In this document: piece by piece, positions 1-9,633 of the stretch | Numbering within the stretch: position 1 is the first letter of the stretch | Layout of the letters: every line of letters begins with the position of its first letter | Source of the DNA: Candidatus Bathyarchaeota archaeon | GTDB lineage: Archaea > Thermoproteota > Bathyarchaeia > Bathyarchaeales > Bathyarchaeaceae | Direction of reading: 5' to 3' | Length of the DNA stretch: 64,000 bases | Assembly: GCA_963772765.1 (NCBI GenBank) | Contig: CAVYYP010000013.1 | Location: forward strand, 13,377-77,376 | Program-made: the position numbers and the translations under genes | The notes under the pieces: generated by a model | Database searches by the model: none | What the model saw: the letters and a program-made list of their open reading frames with translations, nothing else | Told to the model about the DNA's origin: nothing

Positions 1-83
1 CAAAAAAAATGAACATAATTACACTTAACACGCTTGCACCAAGTTTAGAGGATGTGTTCCTACAACTAGTGAAAGAAAACTAA
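1..83 (+). CDS. ABC transporter ATP-binding protein, C-terminal fragment (gene begins upstream of window)
   Basis: Frame 3 reads ...ITLNTLAPSLEDVFLQLVKEN* with TAA at 81-83. The PSLEDVFL tail is typical of ABC-2/drug-exporter ATPases. The stop lies 1 nt before the permease ATG at 85. Confidence 0.6.
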   Translation, partial: KKMNIITLNTLAPSLEDVFLQLVKEN

Positions 84-84
84 A

Positions 85-851
85 ATGGTGAAAGTTATGG
101 GATATAATGTTAATTGGGATCAGTTCAAAAGATCTCTTTTCATTGTCCAGAAAAACGTTCGTATTTACTATTCTAAGGGGCCAGTCATTATCTTTGGGCT
201 TCTTATGCCCTTTTTCCTTTTTCTTTCATTCTACATTGGGCGAGATATGCCGATTGAGACTTTAATACCTGGTTTGCTTGGAATGACTGCCTTTTTCACG
301 GCAACTTCTACTGGACCAGCAATAGTTCCTTGGGAAGCAAGAGCTAAAACTCTTGAACGCCTGATATCATCACCAGTTTCCCTCAGAACGATCTTACTAG
401 GAGATGTGATTTCTTCTTTCCTCTTTGGTATTCTTGTCTCTGTCGTTCCAGTAATTGCTAGTTTGTTAATTGGTGTTGAGATCGTTTACCCGTTGATTCT
501 CGTTTTTGGAGTTGTTCTAGCAACTTTCTGTTTTGCTTCATTCAGCATATTACTGTCAGCTTATCCTCCTACCGACAACCCATCGACTATAATGATGCTT
601 TCTTCCATGATCAAGTTCCCGTTAGTTTTCATAAGCGGCATCTTCATCCCACTGAAGAACTGCCTGTTTGGGGAAAAACAGTCTCATCGATATCGCCTCT
701 TACCTATTTTACCGACCTAGCAAAATATTCGATACAAGGAGACAGCTATTACCCGATTGAACTAAACATCCTAGTTCTTATTACCTTCACAGTAGCCTTC
801 CTAGTGGTAGCCATAAAAATTCATGAACGCACTATTCAAAAGAGACTCTAA
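85..851 (+). pseudogene. ABC-2 type transporter permease, interrupted by an apparent 1-nt deletion near 649-660
   Basis: ORF 85-720 is multi-TM and ABC-2-like (..KFPLVFISGIFIPL) but becomes nonsense after about 655. The -1 frame from 654 reads EELPVWGKTVSSISPLTYFTDLAKY...IHERTIQKRL* (TAA 849-851), which is the expected permease C-terminus. Confidence 0.6.
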
Positions 852-1037
852 AAAATTAGAAAAAATGACGCTTTCTCTTTGCTTTCAGAGATCCGCTCCA
901 ACAAAGAATTATGTATCTCGAGTTTTTCCTTCCATGACATCATATCTTTAATCCATATTCCTAGAAGTTTCAACAAATAAAAAATATACTCACATCAATG
1001 TGTACGCTTGTTAATCCATGATGCCAAGAAGAAAGCT

Positions 1038-1163
1038 TCATCTTTTAAAGTGTTCACAGAGATCGCCATCGCCACATGAATTACAAGTAAATTCTCCGCA
1101 GTCACTGCAGTAGTAGCCATCTTCCTTTGGAACTTCAAGACCGCATATGTGACATTCAGGCAC
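1038..1163 (-). CDS. small Cys-rich zinc-finger protein (41 aa, GTG start, uncertain)
   Basis: Minus-strand frame reads (V)PECHICGLEVPKEDGYYCSDCGEFTCNSCGDGDLCEHFKR* with three CxxC pairs. It looks more protein-like than the listed 995-1192 ORF in another frame. It is too short to be sure. Confidence 0.3.
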   Translation of the reverse strand: MPECHICGLEVPKEDGYYCSDCGEFTCNSCGDGDLCEHFKR

Positions 1164-1210
1164 AAAAGATCCCCAACTTCTCTGCTAAACAAACCATCCG
1201 CGTAAACCTG

Positions 1211-1423
1211 TCATAATGGTCGCACATTGGCAAGTTTTTCTGAGTGCAATTTTTCGCCTGTTGCCCAATTGCTTTTCGGGGTTTCATAAATGACTATCTC
1301 AACAGCCTCCTTTGGAACACCTAATCCATCAAAAACCCCGGTTATCCCTTCAACCAGTCTCTTCTTGTTCTGCAGACTCATACCTTTCCAAACAGAAACC
1401 TGAACGTGGCAATTCAACCTCAC
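1211..1423 (-). CDS. 4-oxalocrotonate tautomerase family protein (start uncertain)
   Basis: ..HVQVSVWKGMSLQNKKRLVEGITGVFDGLGVPKEAVEIVIYETPKSNWATGEKL matches the roughly 60-aa tautomerase beta-alpha-beta family. The ATG at 1489 adds an implausible leader, so GTG 1423 or TTG 1417 after AAGGTGAGG is more likely. Confidence 0.55.
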   Translation of the reverse strand: MRLNCHVQVSVWKGMSLQNKKRLVEGITGVFDGLGVPKEAVEIVIYETPKSNWATGEKLHSEKLANVRPL

Positions 1424-1620
1424 CTTAAAATATACTCTCTTTTTTGCTTGATATAATCTTCCCAAACAAAAGAACACAAAAAAATCCACATCTACAGATA
1501 TTTAAAGTTCAAAAAAATAGAATCTTATAAACTTCTTGAATGAGACCTACCTTATTTGCACAAGCTTTTTCATATTAACCTATAATAATTTACAGAAGAA
1601 TAAAAAAGGAGACACCTGTC

Positions 1621-2499
1621 ATGAACAATTCTCTGCTAGAACAAATAGGAGCTTTCGATAAAGATGGAGCATTTAAAACTCAAATAGACCAAACTATGGT
1701 TCTTCTCCAAAAATTTAGAACAAAATATCCGTTTTTTGAGAAACCAGATTCGATTGACACACTAGGTGCCGACGACATTTTCAACGAGTCTGCAGGTAAT
1801 GTAGGCGATTTTTTTCATTGGATCGAATTTCGTTTGAAGGAAATAGGATACCTCTCCCATTTATACGCTGAATTATACCGCAATATCCGAGAACATCTTG
1901 AAGAATTCAAAGACCTGCTTCGTATTGTTGTTGATAAAAACAAATCTATTGCAGAAAAAGTAGATGCTCCTTGGAAAGAAATATCTGGAATGGGCGGTGA
2001 CCAACATCTAGCAAAGAAAATAATTTTTTGCTTCAACTATGAAACTGAAGATATCTTACCTATCTTCAAAACCAGTGACCTTGATTATTTTCTTGACAAA
2101 ATAGAGACTAATCCTATTCTAGATAATTACCCACGACTAACATTGGGCGAAAAATATGAACTCTTAACTTCTGAATTGACAAAAAATAAAGAAAAGATTC
2201 CACAAACTAAATCTTGGGGACCAGTATATTTTTCAAGATTCCTTTATGAAACATTTCCTCCTCCACGCGATATTACCTCATTAGAAAAAAAGAAAAAAAG
2301 GGAAAAAGAAGGACAAATCAAGCAACAACAAAAAGCATACGCAGAATTCATAGATCTCCTTAATGAACTAAGAAAAACTAACAAAATTTCAGCAGAAGAA
2401 CGCAGAAACCTTCCAAAGGAATGGAATAGCCAAAAAAACAGAAGAGAACAATTATCAGAAGAACTGAAACGCAAAAAAAAGCAATTAACCAAAAATTAA
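1621..2499 (+). CDS. hypothetical protein with Lys/Glu-rich C-terminal tail
   Basis: 292-aa ORF with GGAGA 8 nt upstream of the ATG. I recognise no family. The C-terminal 70 aa are low-complexity K/E/Q-rich. Confidence 0.5.
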   Translation: MNNSLLEQIGAFDKDGAFKTQIDQTMVLLQKFRTKYPFFEKPDSIDTLGADDIFNESAGNVGDFFHWIEFRLKEIGYLSHLYAELYRNIREHLEEFKDLLRIVVDKNKSIAEKVDAPWKEISGMGGDQHLAKKIIFCFNYETEDILPIFKTSDLDYFLDKIETNPILDNYPRLTLGEKYELLTSELTKNKEKIPQTKSWGPVYFSRFLYETFPPPRDITSLEKKKKREKEGQIKQQQKAYAEFIDLLNELRKTNKISAEERRNLPKEWNSQKNRREQLSEELKRKKKQLTKN

Positions 2500-2552
2500 G
2501 ATGCATACGCATTGAAAATCTTTTAACTGAATCGCCTAAAATAGCTTAATTT

Positions 2553-2714
2553 ATGACTGAGAAAATATCTTTGGATCTTCCTGAGAAGGATTATGAAGAG
2601 CTTTCTTTTTTGGGACAATTATACAATAGGGATGTCAACCAAGTAATATTGGATGTTATTAATGCAGTTTCAATGGAATCGCACAACATCAAAACTATTC
2701 GAAAAAGAATCTAA
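2553..2714 (+). CDS. small hypothetical protein (53 aa); may extend to 2829 through a frameshift
   Basis: ATG 2553 gives MTEKISLDLPEKDYEELSFLGQLYNRDVNQVILDV... A second frame continues as ..KVPIDLNSAIYSVLYAGRNAIDIIFNPILDRLGIEIQI* after an A-run near 2690-2706. Confidence 0.25.
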   Translation: MTEKISLDLPEKDYEELSFLGQLYNRDVNQVILDVINAVSMESHNIKTIRKRI

Positions 2715-3362
2715 AGTTCCAATAGATCTAAACTCAGCAATTTATTCTGTGCTTTATGCTGGACGTAATGCAATTGATATAATATTTAATCCTATACTTG
2801 ATCGACTAGGAATAGAAATCCAAATATGAGATATTCAATAGCTAATTCAGGTCATTAAAATGTCTCTTAACTTGAAAAAGAGAAACGTAAACGGATTTAA
2901 CGCTAAATTTTTTGAGCTTTTTAGGTGGTGAAATTATTCTTCAGACATATATTTCAGGAATTTTGGCTAATTCCATCCCAACTAGCAAAAAAGGGAAAGA
3001 AAGGCTTCTTTTATGGAAAAAGAAAATCGCCACTGAGGTATATGCTGAAAGAAAGAGGTTACATGATTCACGCAAAATTTATGCTGTATACTCTGTAACG
3101 ATAAACATCATTTCCTTTTTTAGAACATTTTATCGCAAAAACGTCGCTCTTGAAGCTTCGCAAATTCATTCTATTCAGTATCATATACTTGACTTCAGAA
3201 ACCCACTTCCAATATCTGTCAACAATTTGAGAGACAGAAAGCCCGTATTCTTCAAATTCTGCAACAACTGATTTGCGAGAATACATACGCTCGGCAAAAT
3301 AGACGCTCCCTTAACGATCAAAACAAGAAAAAATTGGGGAAAGTATTCTAAAACAAGTGAAA

Positions 3363-3438
3363 TGGTAGCCCGGGGGAGATTCGAACTCCCGTCAGAGGCT
3401 CCAAAGGCCTCCATGATTGTCCACTACACTACCGGGCT
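3363..3438 (-). tRNA. tRNA-Gln (anticodon TTG), CCA encoded
   Basis: Hand-folded cloverleaf. Acceptor is AGCCCGG/CCGGGCT, anticodon stem GAGGC/GCCTC with loop CTTTGGA, T-arm GGGAG-TTCGAAT-CTCCC, discriminator A then CCA. Total length 76 nt. Confidence 0.85.
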
Positions 3439-3610
3439 AAACGCTTTGTTCTGTGTTAATATTTCCTCTTTAATATTAAGATTGACTCTAGCGTATAGTT
3501 TTTTGGAAAAGGGAATTGAAAGATTTAATGTTTTTCTTGCCAACAGAAAAAGGCGATTGTAACTTGGAAAAAGGATAAATAAAGATGAAGAAAAATTTGG
3601 AAAACAGAGT

Positions 3611-3862
3611 TTATTCTGTTTCGTCTGTTTCTTCTATTGTTTTGTCGATTACTTCCGCTTCTGCAAAACGTCTGCTGATGTTGGTTATTTTGATTCGAAG
3701 TTTGTCTCCCTGTTTTGTGTTGGGGATAAAGACTACGAGTCCTTCGATTCGTGCTATTCCGTCGCCTCTGCGGCTTATTTCTTGAATTTCTACGTCGTAT
3801 TCCTTTCCGACTTCAACGGGTTTAGGAAAATCTCTATCGAATCCTCTAGATTCATAGGACAT
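3611..3862 (-). CDS. TRAM domain protein
   Basis: ..PVEVGKEYDVEIQEISRRGDGIARIEGLVVFIPNTKQGDKLRIKITNISRRFAEAEV is a stand-alone archaeal TRAM fold. ATG 3862 is preceded by GGTGA; the ORF track uses TTG 3874. Confidence 0.75.
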   Translation of the reverse strand: MSYESRGFDRDFPKPVEVGKEYDVEIQEISRRGDGIARIEGLVVFIPNTKQGDKLRIKITNISRRFAEAEVIDKTIEETDETE

Positions 3863-3898
3863 TTGAATCACCAAAATTTAGAAAAAGGAAATTTGGGT

Positions 3899-4189
3899 TT
3901 ACAGGACTGTTAGTGTCCCGTATTTTCCTGAGTTGAGCTGGAGCACATCTCTAAAAGATTTGATGTAACCGTTCTCGATTTTTACTCGGTCGCCAACATG
4001 AACTTGCTCTACTTGCTCATTCCAGAGCGTTAATGTTATTTTGCCTGTTTCATCTTCGAGTGTGGCATCTGCTACTTTGTAGGTTTCGTTAGTGTATCGT
4101 GAACGAACCTCGCGGGCATCTGTTTTCTCGACTACATTTCCTTCAACATCTACTTTTCGCATTCCATCTCTTAGTTCATTAATTTTCAA
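3899..4189 (-). CDS. OB-fold nucleic-acid-binding protein (single OB domain)
   Basis: ..VDVEGNVVEKTDAREV..YKVADATLEDETGKITLTLWNEQVEQVHVGDRVKIENGYIKSF.. is the pattern of small archaeal OB-fold (RPA/SSB-like) proteins. Confidence 0.6.
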   Translation of the reverse strand: MKINELRDGMRKVDVEGNVVEKTDAREVRSRYTNETYKVADATLEDETGKITLTLWNEQVEQVHVGDRVKIENGYIKSFRDVLQLNSGKYGTLTVL

Positions 4190-4410
4190 ATCGTTTCCTC
4201 CGTTTTATACACTGCCGCAAAAAATGAATCAGTCCGTCAGTTAACAACTTTACGCCTGTTCCGTTTTATTGGCGAAATGAAGGAGGATTAATGTCGAATA
4301 TAAGCTTTGCCGCACAGACTCAAAACATGAAATGCTATAGAAAAAGGGGATGCTTATGCTGTCAGCCGATTAGACGGCTGTTTATCAGCATGCACATTTG
4401 GTTAATCTGA

Positions 4411-5559
4411 TTAGAAGCCAAAGAAGAATCGCAGGACAAATCGTATTAAGAAGGCTACTGCAGCGATTGTTGCAGCTTTTCCCCAAGGAACATTCTTCAT
4501 CAAGCGTATAACTATTGCACTTAGAGCAGCTATCCAAACTTCTCCTGCCCACAGTATGATGGTTCCTATTTGGTATCCGATGTTGGGCAACCATGTTTCG
4601 CTGAATGCGATTAGTTGTCGGTCTGCTTCAACAGGCATGTAAATGGTTGGGAGTGACGTGAAAATTAGTGCACTGATTATTGTGTAGACTGCAGTTGCGA
4701 TGAATGCGTATCCCATGATTATGAAGAAGTTGTTCCATGGGCTCATGTCTTCCCCAAACAGTCTTGCAGAAATAAACATGATTCCTGCCCACAGTACCCA
4801 GTTTATGCCAACAGAGAATGTGACTGAGACAAGAATGAACAGTGCAGCCTCGGTGAGTCCTACACTTTCAAGTGGCGAAAGGAAGACATTAAAGTATAGA
4901 CCATCAATGTCTAGGTCTAGGTTGGCTTGGTTTGTCCAGTCAAGTTGTATTTCGATTCCTGTAATGTTTTGCCAATCTGGGGCATTGCTTGAAGCCCAGC
5001 CTTGTTCTGGTCCAACGCTGAGTGTTATGTTTATCCATTCGCTGTTTGAGCCTAGCATGTTTGTTATGTCTCTTTCAAAGTAGCTGGTTTCGCTTCCAGA
5101 ATACAGTTTTATAGTTGCAGACGTAGGAGATGCAGCATTTTGGTTGGTCCAGTTTATCCAGAAAAACAATTCAGTGTAGCCTGTTGCTCCAGAACAGTTG
5201 ACTGATTGGATGTCGGTTAGTTTTAGCCAGTCAGTTTTCGAATCTGTTGCAGAAGAAAGGATGCTACTGTTTCCCATCTGATAGTCTGTTGTGTCCAAAG
5301 AAATAGAGCCCGAAGAGGTCCACAGATGTGAATTTGCTATTGATTCTGTCCAGTCATCGTTTGTTGGTGCCCTGATTTCGTAGTATTGTTTGGAATTGTA
5401 AACAAACTGTAAAGCTACAGTTGCGCCTATGACAAGCAACAAAATAATGAGAACGCCCTTAAAGTCTGGTTTTTCAATAACTTTCTTGAAAGCCTTAACA
5501 GGAGAATATAGTACCTCAACTATTTCTTTGACAACCAAATTTAGCAGTCTCCACAACAT
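4411..5559 (-). CDS. membrane protein, Yip1-like C-terminal TM bundle with large extracytoplasmic domain
   Basis: 382-aa ORF with an N-terminal TM, a Ser/Thr/Asn/Trp-rich middle domain and about 5 C-terminal TM helices. The family assignment is tentative. Confidence 0.45.
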   Translation of the reverse strand: MLWRLLNLVVKEIVEVLYSPVKAFKKVIEKPDFKGVLIILLLVIGATVALQFVYNSKQYYEIRAPTNDDWTESIANSHLWTSSGSISLDTTDYQMGNSSILSSATDSKTDWLKLTDIQSVNCSGATGYTELFFWINWTNQNAASPTSATIKLYSGSETSYFERDITNMLGSNSEWINITLSVGPEQGWASSNAPDWQNITGIEIQLDWTNQANLDLDIDGLYFNVFLSPLESVGLTEAALFILVSVTFSVGINWVLWAGIMFISARLFGEDMSPWNNFFIIMGYAFIATAVYTIISALIFTSLPTIYMPVEADRQLIAFSETWLPNIGYQIGTIILWAGEVWIAALSAIVIRLMKNVPWGKAATIAAVAFLIRFVLRFFFGF

Positions 5560-5847
5560 TTGATGCTTATTTAAGCGAATTAAAGCTTCTTACTACTGCC
5601 TAATAACGTTACCGTCAAACTACCATCCATATTGTTAAATGGCTTTATACACTCAAATTAGTGCAAAAAAGCATGTTTACATTTATGTAATACGGTGAAT
5701 GTAAAACTAAAAGTTGGGAAAAAGTTCATTAAGACCACCAATAGGATACAGGATAGGAAGAATGGTCAGCTAAATGGCGTTACCACAGTGCAACACTTTT
5801 TGCAGTACTGACAACCAGATTTTTAGGACATTTTGTCGTGAGGAATT

Positions 5848-6447
5848 TTGATTAACCGATTAAGAGCTCTGATTGAACGCATCCAACTATACATCCAAAT
5901 CACGGAAATGGGACCAATAGCCCGAAGATATTTCGTGAAGAACGGTTTTGACGGCTCAATGACCATGCTTGGAATAATCGTAGGCGCATGGGTTGCAAAT
6001 GGTACACAAACCGAAATAATTGTAACCTCTGGCTTAGGCGCATGCCTAGCCATGGGAATTTCTGGAGTATCAGGAGCATACATGACTGAACGGGCTGAAA
6101 GAAAAAGAGACCTCAAAAACCTCGAAACAGCAATGATGACAAAACTTGATGATTCCGTGATAACTGATGCATCAACGTTTGTTTCATTATACGCAGCCTT
6201 AGTAGACGGCGGGTCACCCATCTTGACTGCCCTTGTGTCATTGTCACCTTTCTTTCTAGTAATAAATGGACTAATGACAATCCAAAGCGCATATATCGTC
6301 TCGCTTGTTGTGACGTTGATAACGTTGTTCCTACTGGGCATTTATCTAGGAAAAACAGCAAAAGAAAATGCGTTACTTTATGGAACCCAAACATTGATAG
6401 CGGGTATAGCAACAGTTGTAATTGTGTTGCTGTTCGGAGCAGCATAA
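5848..6447 (+). CDS. VIT1/CCC1 family (iron/manganese transporter-like) membrane protein
   Basis: ..ARRYFVKNGFDGSMTMLGIIVGAW..GISGVSGAYMTERAERKRDL.. is typical of small archaeal VIT-family proteins. TTG 5848 follows GAGGA; an alternative ATG lies at 5908. Confidence 0.6.
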   Translation: MINRLRALIERIQLYIQITEMGPIARRYFVKNGFDGSMTMLGIIVGAWVANGTQTEIIVTSGLGACLAMGISGVSGAYMTERAERKRDLKNLETAMMTKLDDSVITDASTFVSLYAALVDGGSPILTALVSLSPFFLVINGLMTIQSAYIVSLVVTLITLFLLGIYLGKTAKENALLYGTQTLIAGIATVVIVLLFGAA

Positions 6448-6516
6448 GAAATCGGCATAACTCAATCTGGACAAATAGGTGCAGATAGCCAAAAGTTTGC
6501 GATGTTTTTGTGCTGT

Positions 6517-6831
6517 TTACATTCTTGCTGATTGGTCTTGAGGGGTTGTTACCTCTTCGACAATCATTTTTCCAGCCGCAACCTCATCGATTGAGTGTAT
6601 TGTAGCTCCGAACTCTTCTAGCTTCTTTTTTATGTCATCAAAGCTTATTGAGATTCCAGCAACGATAACTTTGGCGTTTTCGACTTGCTGGTCTATCTCG
6701 TTTATAATTATGTTTACGCCTTCTACGCCTTCTAGGTGGCTGAGAGCTTCAGAAACTTCAACAACAGTTGGTTTGTGAGGTTTTAAGACATCTAAGATAA
6801 GTCTTCGTATCATTTTTCGAACGACGAGCAT
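6517..6831 (-). CDS. DUF211 family protein
   Basis: MIRRLILDVLKPHKPTVVEVSEALSHLEGVEGVNI.. matches the conserved archaeal DUF211 N-terminus (RRLVLDVLKPH). Confidence 0.7.
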   Translation of the reverse strand: MLVVRKMIRRLILDVLKPHKPTVVEVSEALSHLEGVEGVNIIINEIDQQVENAKVIVAGISISFDDIKKKLEEFGATIHSIDEVAAGKMIVEEVTTPQDQSARM

Positions 6832-6888
6832 ATAGTCTTAGGCGCGTATTTAACTATTCCTCTGTCAACATGTAGACTAACAAATCGG

Positions 6889-8001
6889 CTATTTTGCATT
6901 TCTTATCCAAGATGCTATTTCTTCGATAGTTGGGACTTGGTCTTTGGATATTTTGCCTTGGTCAACATAGATTTTGGCGAGTGCATTTACTTTTCTGCTT
7001 AGCTGTATCAGGTCTTGGTCTGCTAGCTGTTTTCTTGTTTTTATTCCTGCGTCTATTAGCAGTTCTGCGTCATTTGCGTCTATTCCTGGAATCATCATCA
7101 GCTGGGCTGTGGCTTGTAGATTTTCTGCCATTTCTTTGGAGACGCGTGTGTTGTCTCCGATGATGTCAGGGTCTGTTGTTAAGAATTCGCCGACACTGGT
7201 TATGCCTATGGTTCTCAGTTCTTTGCCTAGAGCTGGACCTATTCCTTTAATGTCTTCGGGGTTGTCTAGGCTTTTGAGGTTAGCTTGGTTTGGTCCAATG
7301 TTACATTCTATTCCTTCAAGTTTCTGCCTAATTTCGTCCAGTTCCTCTTGCTGTTTCTTTAGGTTCTCGGCAGATTCCTCGCTTAACCGTTTGAGGCTCA
7401 TGAGGGCTGATTCCTGTTTTTTCAGGTCAACGGACAGCTTTTCTCCCACTTCAGTTGATTTGGTTTCTATTGCAGACAGCACATCTGAACGGACTTTTTT
7501 GACTGCTTTTTGCTGCGTTTCTAGTGTTGTTATCATTTCTTGTTTGTCTTCTTTGAGGTCTGATGTGACTGTGCTGAAAAATTTCTGGTTTACTTTTCGT
7601 CCGTACTCAATCTGGTCTGCTATTTCTGCTACTGAGGATTCTTGTGTTTTTCTTAGGGCAGCTAGGTTTCCGCCTACTTTCAGGAGTAGTTTAATGATTT
7701 CGGGGTCAGGGGGCTGCTTCATGTATATGATTATGCAGGTGATTCCCAGAAAGATGAATGCTGTAGCTATGGATAGCCAAAGAAAGATGTCTACACTTTG
7801 GGCGCCGAACAGGTCTCCAAGAATGTAGGGGCTTACAATGGCTCCTGCTCCTTCACTAGTTAGCAAAACTGCATTAGAGAATGCAGATAAAATTGATAGA
7901 AAAGTTAGGGATGCGAATATCCAGACAAGTAATGCTCTTTTTGTAATCAACGTTGACGCCTCAAATTTGTGGGTACATATAGGAACGACCGTTCTGTGCA
8001 A
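6889..8001 (-). CDS. membrane-anchored coiled-coil protein with C-terminal helix-hairpin-helix (DUF4332-like) repeats
   Basis: N-terminal TMs, then a long E/K/Q coiled-coil segment. The C-terminus ..DIKGIGPALGKELRTIGITSVGEFL..MMIPGIDANDAELLIDAGIKTRKQLA.. contains HhH motifs. The start is uncertain. Confidence 0.5.
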   Translation of the reverse strand: MHRTVVPICTHKFEASTLITKRALLVWIFASLTFLSILSAFSNAVLLTSEGAGAIVSPYILGDLFGAQSVDIFLWLSIATAFIFLGITCIIIYMKQPPDPEIIKLLLKVGGNLAALRKTQESSVAEIADQIEYGRKVNQKFFSTVTSDLKEDKQEMITTLETQQKAVKKVRSDVLSAIETKSTEVGEKLSVDLKKQESALMSLKRLSEESAENLKKQQEELDEIRQKLEGIECNIGPNQANLKSLDNPEDIKGIGPALGKELRTIGITSVGEFLTTDPDIIGDNTRVSKEMAENLQATAQLMMIPGIDANDAELLIDAGIKTRKQLADQDLIQLSRKVNALAKIYVDQGKISKDQVPTIEEIASWIRNAK

Positions 8002-8124
8002 TGGATTTCTTTATTGAGCTTTGAAAGTGTTATGAATGCAGAATGCGTACCCAAAATTAAGACGATTAGACTGGATTCTGCTCTGAAAAGTGGCGAATGG
8101 CGCCAGAGTTGGAAACTAGAACGT

Positions 8125-9633
8125 CTAGATTCCGCGTTTAAGGCGCCTGTAGGTGTGGTAGTCGATGTATTCTAGGTGCTCGTTTTCTGTCTGATAAATA
8201 ACTGTGAACTTTTGTCGTTTTCTTTTTTCCAGTATCTGTTTTGTGGTCATAAAGGAGTAGGCATCGCTTCCAGCACCTGAACCATAACTGACCAGAAGTA
8301 TTCTTTCGTCAGGTTTTGCAATATCCAAAACAGCTGCTAGTCCAATAGGTGAAGAACCAGAATATGCGTTCCCGAAGTTTCCAACCTTTAGGCTCGGCAA
8401 ATACTGCTCCTCTTTGAATCCTAGCTGTTTTGCAACTTTGACTGGAAAACGAAGATTTGGCTGATGAGGAACAAAATAGTTTATGTCTTCCACTTTGAGG
8501 TCTAGTGTTTCCATGATTTTTGTGCAAGAAGTTATTACATGCTTGAAGTAGGCAGGTTCACCTGTGAAGCGTCCGCCGTGTCTGGGGTAGGCTTGCATGT
8601 CTCTTCTCCAAAAGTCAGGAGTATCTGAGGTGCAGGAATACCAGCCCTCCATTTCAGCGATTACGTCTTTCATGCCAAAAATGAACGCTCCGCCCCCAAA
8701 GCCTACGAAACGGTCAAGCTCTCCACCGATTTCATTTCTGGGAGCTGCTTGGGAATTGTCTGCACCTATGACCATGGTATAGTCTGTGTTGCTTTTTGGA
8801 TAATGCACAAGAGCTGTGGCATCTTTGAACATGCTTGTGGCTGCCTTGCATGCAAACTCAGTGTCTATTGCATCTACGTTTTGGACGCCGCTTGCTTCTT
8901 CTTTGCCCAGTTTTAGAACTTGAGCTACCTTTGAAGCAATTGGGTTTACGGCATATGGATTCGATTCTGAGCCGACATAAACTTTGCCAATCAGTTTTCT
9001 GTCTGCTCCTGAGTGTATAAGAGCCAGTTTTCCGGCTTCTACTGCAGCGGTAACGGCATCTTCGTCAATAAAGGGCACAGACCGTTGCATGTTTCCTTCT
9101 TTGATGCGAAATTTTGATGTGTAGACGCCGTAGCCGACGATTCCGGGTGTATCATACTCTTTTTTGGGCTTTATTATCTCATATTTTTGGTGTGGATAGT
9201 AGCTGTCTGCCAATGTAAAGGCGAGGGATATTGTGGGTATTATGTCGCTTTCTCCTACGGTGTATCTTCTTCGGAAGCGTGGAACTACATTCTTTCCGTC
9301 AAAACATGAAATGTCTGTGCTGCAATCGTCAATAAGGATGTCTGTTAGCCTTCCTGGAACTCGGGTGTTTCCATCATGAAAGGAGACGATGCCATATACG
9401 TATGCGCCCATCTTGACGAACCTGTTAGTTGGCTGATTAACAAGAGTTGAAACCTCAAGGTTGCCCTTTTCATAGAAGAAGTCGATGTCTTTCATTTTTC
9501 CGAAGCTTTTTCGTCCACAGGTTCCACAGTAGTTTTTGCCTCGGAAGTACTCTTTTCCACAGATGCTGCATTGGCTACCGCGAAGCCTGTCGCCGATATA
9601 GGAGACTCTTCGTTCTATGGGTTCGCTGCTCAT
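8125..9633 (-). CDS. DUF35 (zinc-ribbon/OB-fold) domain fused to hydroxymethylglutaryl-CoA synthase
   Basis: The N-terminal ~135 aa carry CSICGKEYFRGKNYCGTCG plus an OB fold (..YVYGIVSFHDGNTRVPGRLTDI). The remainder is archaeal HMGCS-like (..KVYVGSESNPYAV..DTEFACKAAT..FVPHQPN..NAYSGSSPIGL). A 4-nt ATGA overlap joins it to the upstream thiolase. Confidence 0.75.
   Translation of the reverse strand: MSSEPIERRVSYIGDRLRGSQCSICGKEYFRGKNYCGTCGRKSFGKMKDIDFFYEKGNLEVSTLVNQPTNRFVKMGAYVYGIVSFHDGNTRVPGRLTDILIDDCSTDISCFDGKNVVPRFRRRYTVGESDIIPTISLAFTLADSYYPHQKYEIIKPKKEYDTPGIVGYGVYTSKFRIKEGNMQRSVPFIDEDAVTAAVEAGKLALIHSGADRKLIGKVYVGSESNPYAVNPIASKVAQVLKLGKEEASGVQNVDAIDTEFACKAATSMFKDATALVHYPKSNTDYTMVIGADNSQAAPRNEIGGELDRFVGFGGGAFIFGMKDVIAEMEGWYSCTSDTPDFWRRDMQAYPRHGGRFTGEPAYFKHVITSCTKIMETLDLKVEDINYFVPHQPNLRFPVKVAKQLGFKEEQYLPSLKVGNFGNAYSGSSPIGLAAVLDIAKPDERILLVSYGSGAGSDAYSFMTTKQILEKRKRQKFTVIYQTENEHLEYIDYHTYRRLKRGI

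Noticed and set aside
995-1192. Listed 65-aa ORF on the minus strand
   Set aside because: It has a TTG start and a non-protein-like sequence. A different frame of the same strand gives a tidy triple-CxxC mini-protein (1038-1163), which I prefer, still at low confidence.
2860-3286. ORFs 2912-3271 (+), 3068-3286 (-) and 3181-3414 (-) next to tRNA-Gln
   Set aside because: They mutually overlap on opposite strands, none has recognisable motifs, and 3181-3414 runs through the tRNA. I cannot decide which, if any, is coding. The plus-strand ORF might extend to ATG 2860 via a T-run frameshift.
4795-4799. GTAC-site scarcity as evidence for a GTAC-specific restriction-modification system
   Set aside because: By eye GTAC seems less frequent than base composition would predict. 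I did not count rigorously, and no methyltransferase or endonuclease gene is present in the window, so no claim is made.
6974-7828. Long antisense or alternative-frame ORFs inside conserved genes. Examples: 6974-7828, 39142-39852, 46324-46953, 47825-48454, 59417-59908, 35581-36021, 55002-55517, 44081-44488 and 24019-24384.
   Set aside because: Each lies entirely within a gene with clear family motifs on the other strand or frame. Each also has a low-complexity Ser/Leu/Arg/Cys-rich composition typical of shadow ORFs.
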